From Opitutales bacterium (GTDB lineage: Bacteria; Verrucomicrobiota; Verrucomicrobiia; Opitutales; UBA2987): a stretch of 64,000 bases of DNA. Of the stretch, positions 63,107 through 64,000 are shown piece by piece; within the stretch, counting starts at the first letter, position 1; every line of letters begins with the position of its first letter. A program made the translations under genes and the position numbers. The notes below the pieces were generated by a model. The model did not search any database. It was not told the DNA's origin and was given only the letters and a program-made list of their open reading frames with translations. The stretch is from positions 297,508 to 361,507 of the forward strand of contig CBDDEL010000011.1 of assembly GCA_965226885.1 (NCBI GenBank). Reading direction: 5' to 3'.

Positions 63107-64000
63107 GTGTCGAAGCCATTTAAAATCTCAAAATTCGCCAACAGGGGAGGATCCATATCCTGGCGGGTCTCCGGGTCAGTGAACGGCAAACAGATTCGCC
63201 GCAATTTTCAATCTCGTGGCGACGCCGACGCCGAGAGGCAGGTGTTGGAAATTAAGCGATTGAACTCCTCAAGGTCACTCCGGGCCACCCTCACTGCTTT
63301 GACAGATGCACAGATAAAGGACTGTGAGGCCGCCGTACATCTCCTAAAGGACAAGCCGATCCTGGAAGCGGTCAACTTTTACCTGCACAACTACAAGGAT
63401 GCCACCAGCGATAAGACCGTCCTGGACGCCCTCCCGCTCTTTCTGGAACATAAGGAGCCCCATATCGGGCGGAAACAGTATCACAACCTTAGAAAGACCG
63501 TAACCCGCTTTGCCGCGTGTGTGCCTGGCAAGCTACTTCACGAGATCAAACCAGTGGATGTAAAGGGTTGGCTTGAGAGCATTCGCGGCTCAAAGAAAAC
63601 CTGGAACATCTACAGAACCGACCTCAGCACATTTTTTTCATGGTGCATGGCCAAGCCTCGTTTATGGCTCTTGGAAAACCCGGTTGCCGAAATTGATCGC
63701 TTTACGATCTCTATGGGGATACCTGAAATTCTCGCGGTTGCAGAGGTCCAGGGGTTCATGGCGCACGTAGAAAACTACAGCCGCAATGGAAACGGGCAAA
63801 GGGGTGCGGGGTCGCTTTTCTTTGCGCTGTGTGTGTTTGCAGGAATAAGGCCGGATTACACGAACGGCGAAATGGCAAAGTTGGCCAAATTCGGTCTGGC
63901 CCCCTTTGTTGATTTGAAAAACGGCGTGATTCGTATTCCCCCGGAGGTATCCAAGATTAAAGACCTTCGCCAGATCAAAATACAGCCGAACCTTCGGGAA
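63107..64000 (+). CDS. Tyrosine recombinase/integrase, 3' part outside window
   Basis: Not in the ORF track. Open frame from GTG at 63107 to the edge: N-terminal arm-binding-like WRVSG...QIRRNF, core-binding SKKTWN.YR..LSTFFSWC...NP, catalytic box I FALCVFAGIRP, then GVIRIPPEVSK..R.I.IQPNL. Confidence 0.85.
   Translation, partial: MSKPFKISKFANRGGSISWRVSGSVNGKQIRRNFQSRGDADAERQVLEIKRLNSSRSLRATLTALTDAQIKDCEAAVHLLKDKPILEAVNFYLHNYKDATSDKTVLDALPLFLEHKEPHIGRKQYHNLRKTVTRFAACVPGKLLHEIKPVDVKGWLESIRGSKKTWNIYRTDLSTFFSWCMAKPRLWLLENPVAEIDRFTISMGIPEILAVAEVQGFMAHVENYSRNGNGQRGAGSLFFALCVFAGIRPDYTNGEMAKLAKFGLAPFVDLKNGVIRIPPEVSKIKDLRQIKIQPNLRE

Overview
Bacterial genomic window. The lineage is probably PVC/Verrucomicrobia-like, inferred from the DUF1080/Gfo-Idh-MocA/TIGR03663-type gene content and the style of the terminal integrase. 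By my boundary calls about 22.6 kb (~35%) is insertion sequence: 17 copies or fragments of 6 element types (5 IS1-family, 6 IS1380-family, 2+1 IS3-family, 2 IS5/ISNCY-like, 1 IS21-family). Most lie in two nested pile-ups (15.1-24.7 kb and 44.1-52.7 kb), and at least six host genes are disrupted. Host content: (i) 1-14 kb, an exported redox/glycan cluster (ApbE, GT-C, GT2, two DUF1080, discoidin, two Tat Gfo/Idh/MocA, DoxX, PaoABC-like molybdoenzyme with two Cys-containing accessory ORFs); (ii) an IS-free core block (ahcY, metK, pckG, aroK, dus); (iii) a catabolic/sulfatase/MetE-like/LicC-like block; (iv) cspA, a candidate structured RNA and a tyrosine integrase that runs off the right edge. 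The most notable signals are an IS1380 element that targets YTAR, inserts into itself and leaves one asymmetric flank suggestive of piggyBac-like overhang carry-over; an IS1 whose frames need a +1/-2 shift at A8; a recurrent 8-22 bp tandem-duplication signature; an orphan 59-bp attC-like site; and the ApbE/DoxX/Tat-dehydrogenase/Pao cluster. No CRISPR array, tRNA or rRNA was found. All protein calls come from motif recognition by eye; no database searches were run.
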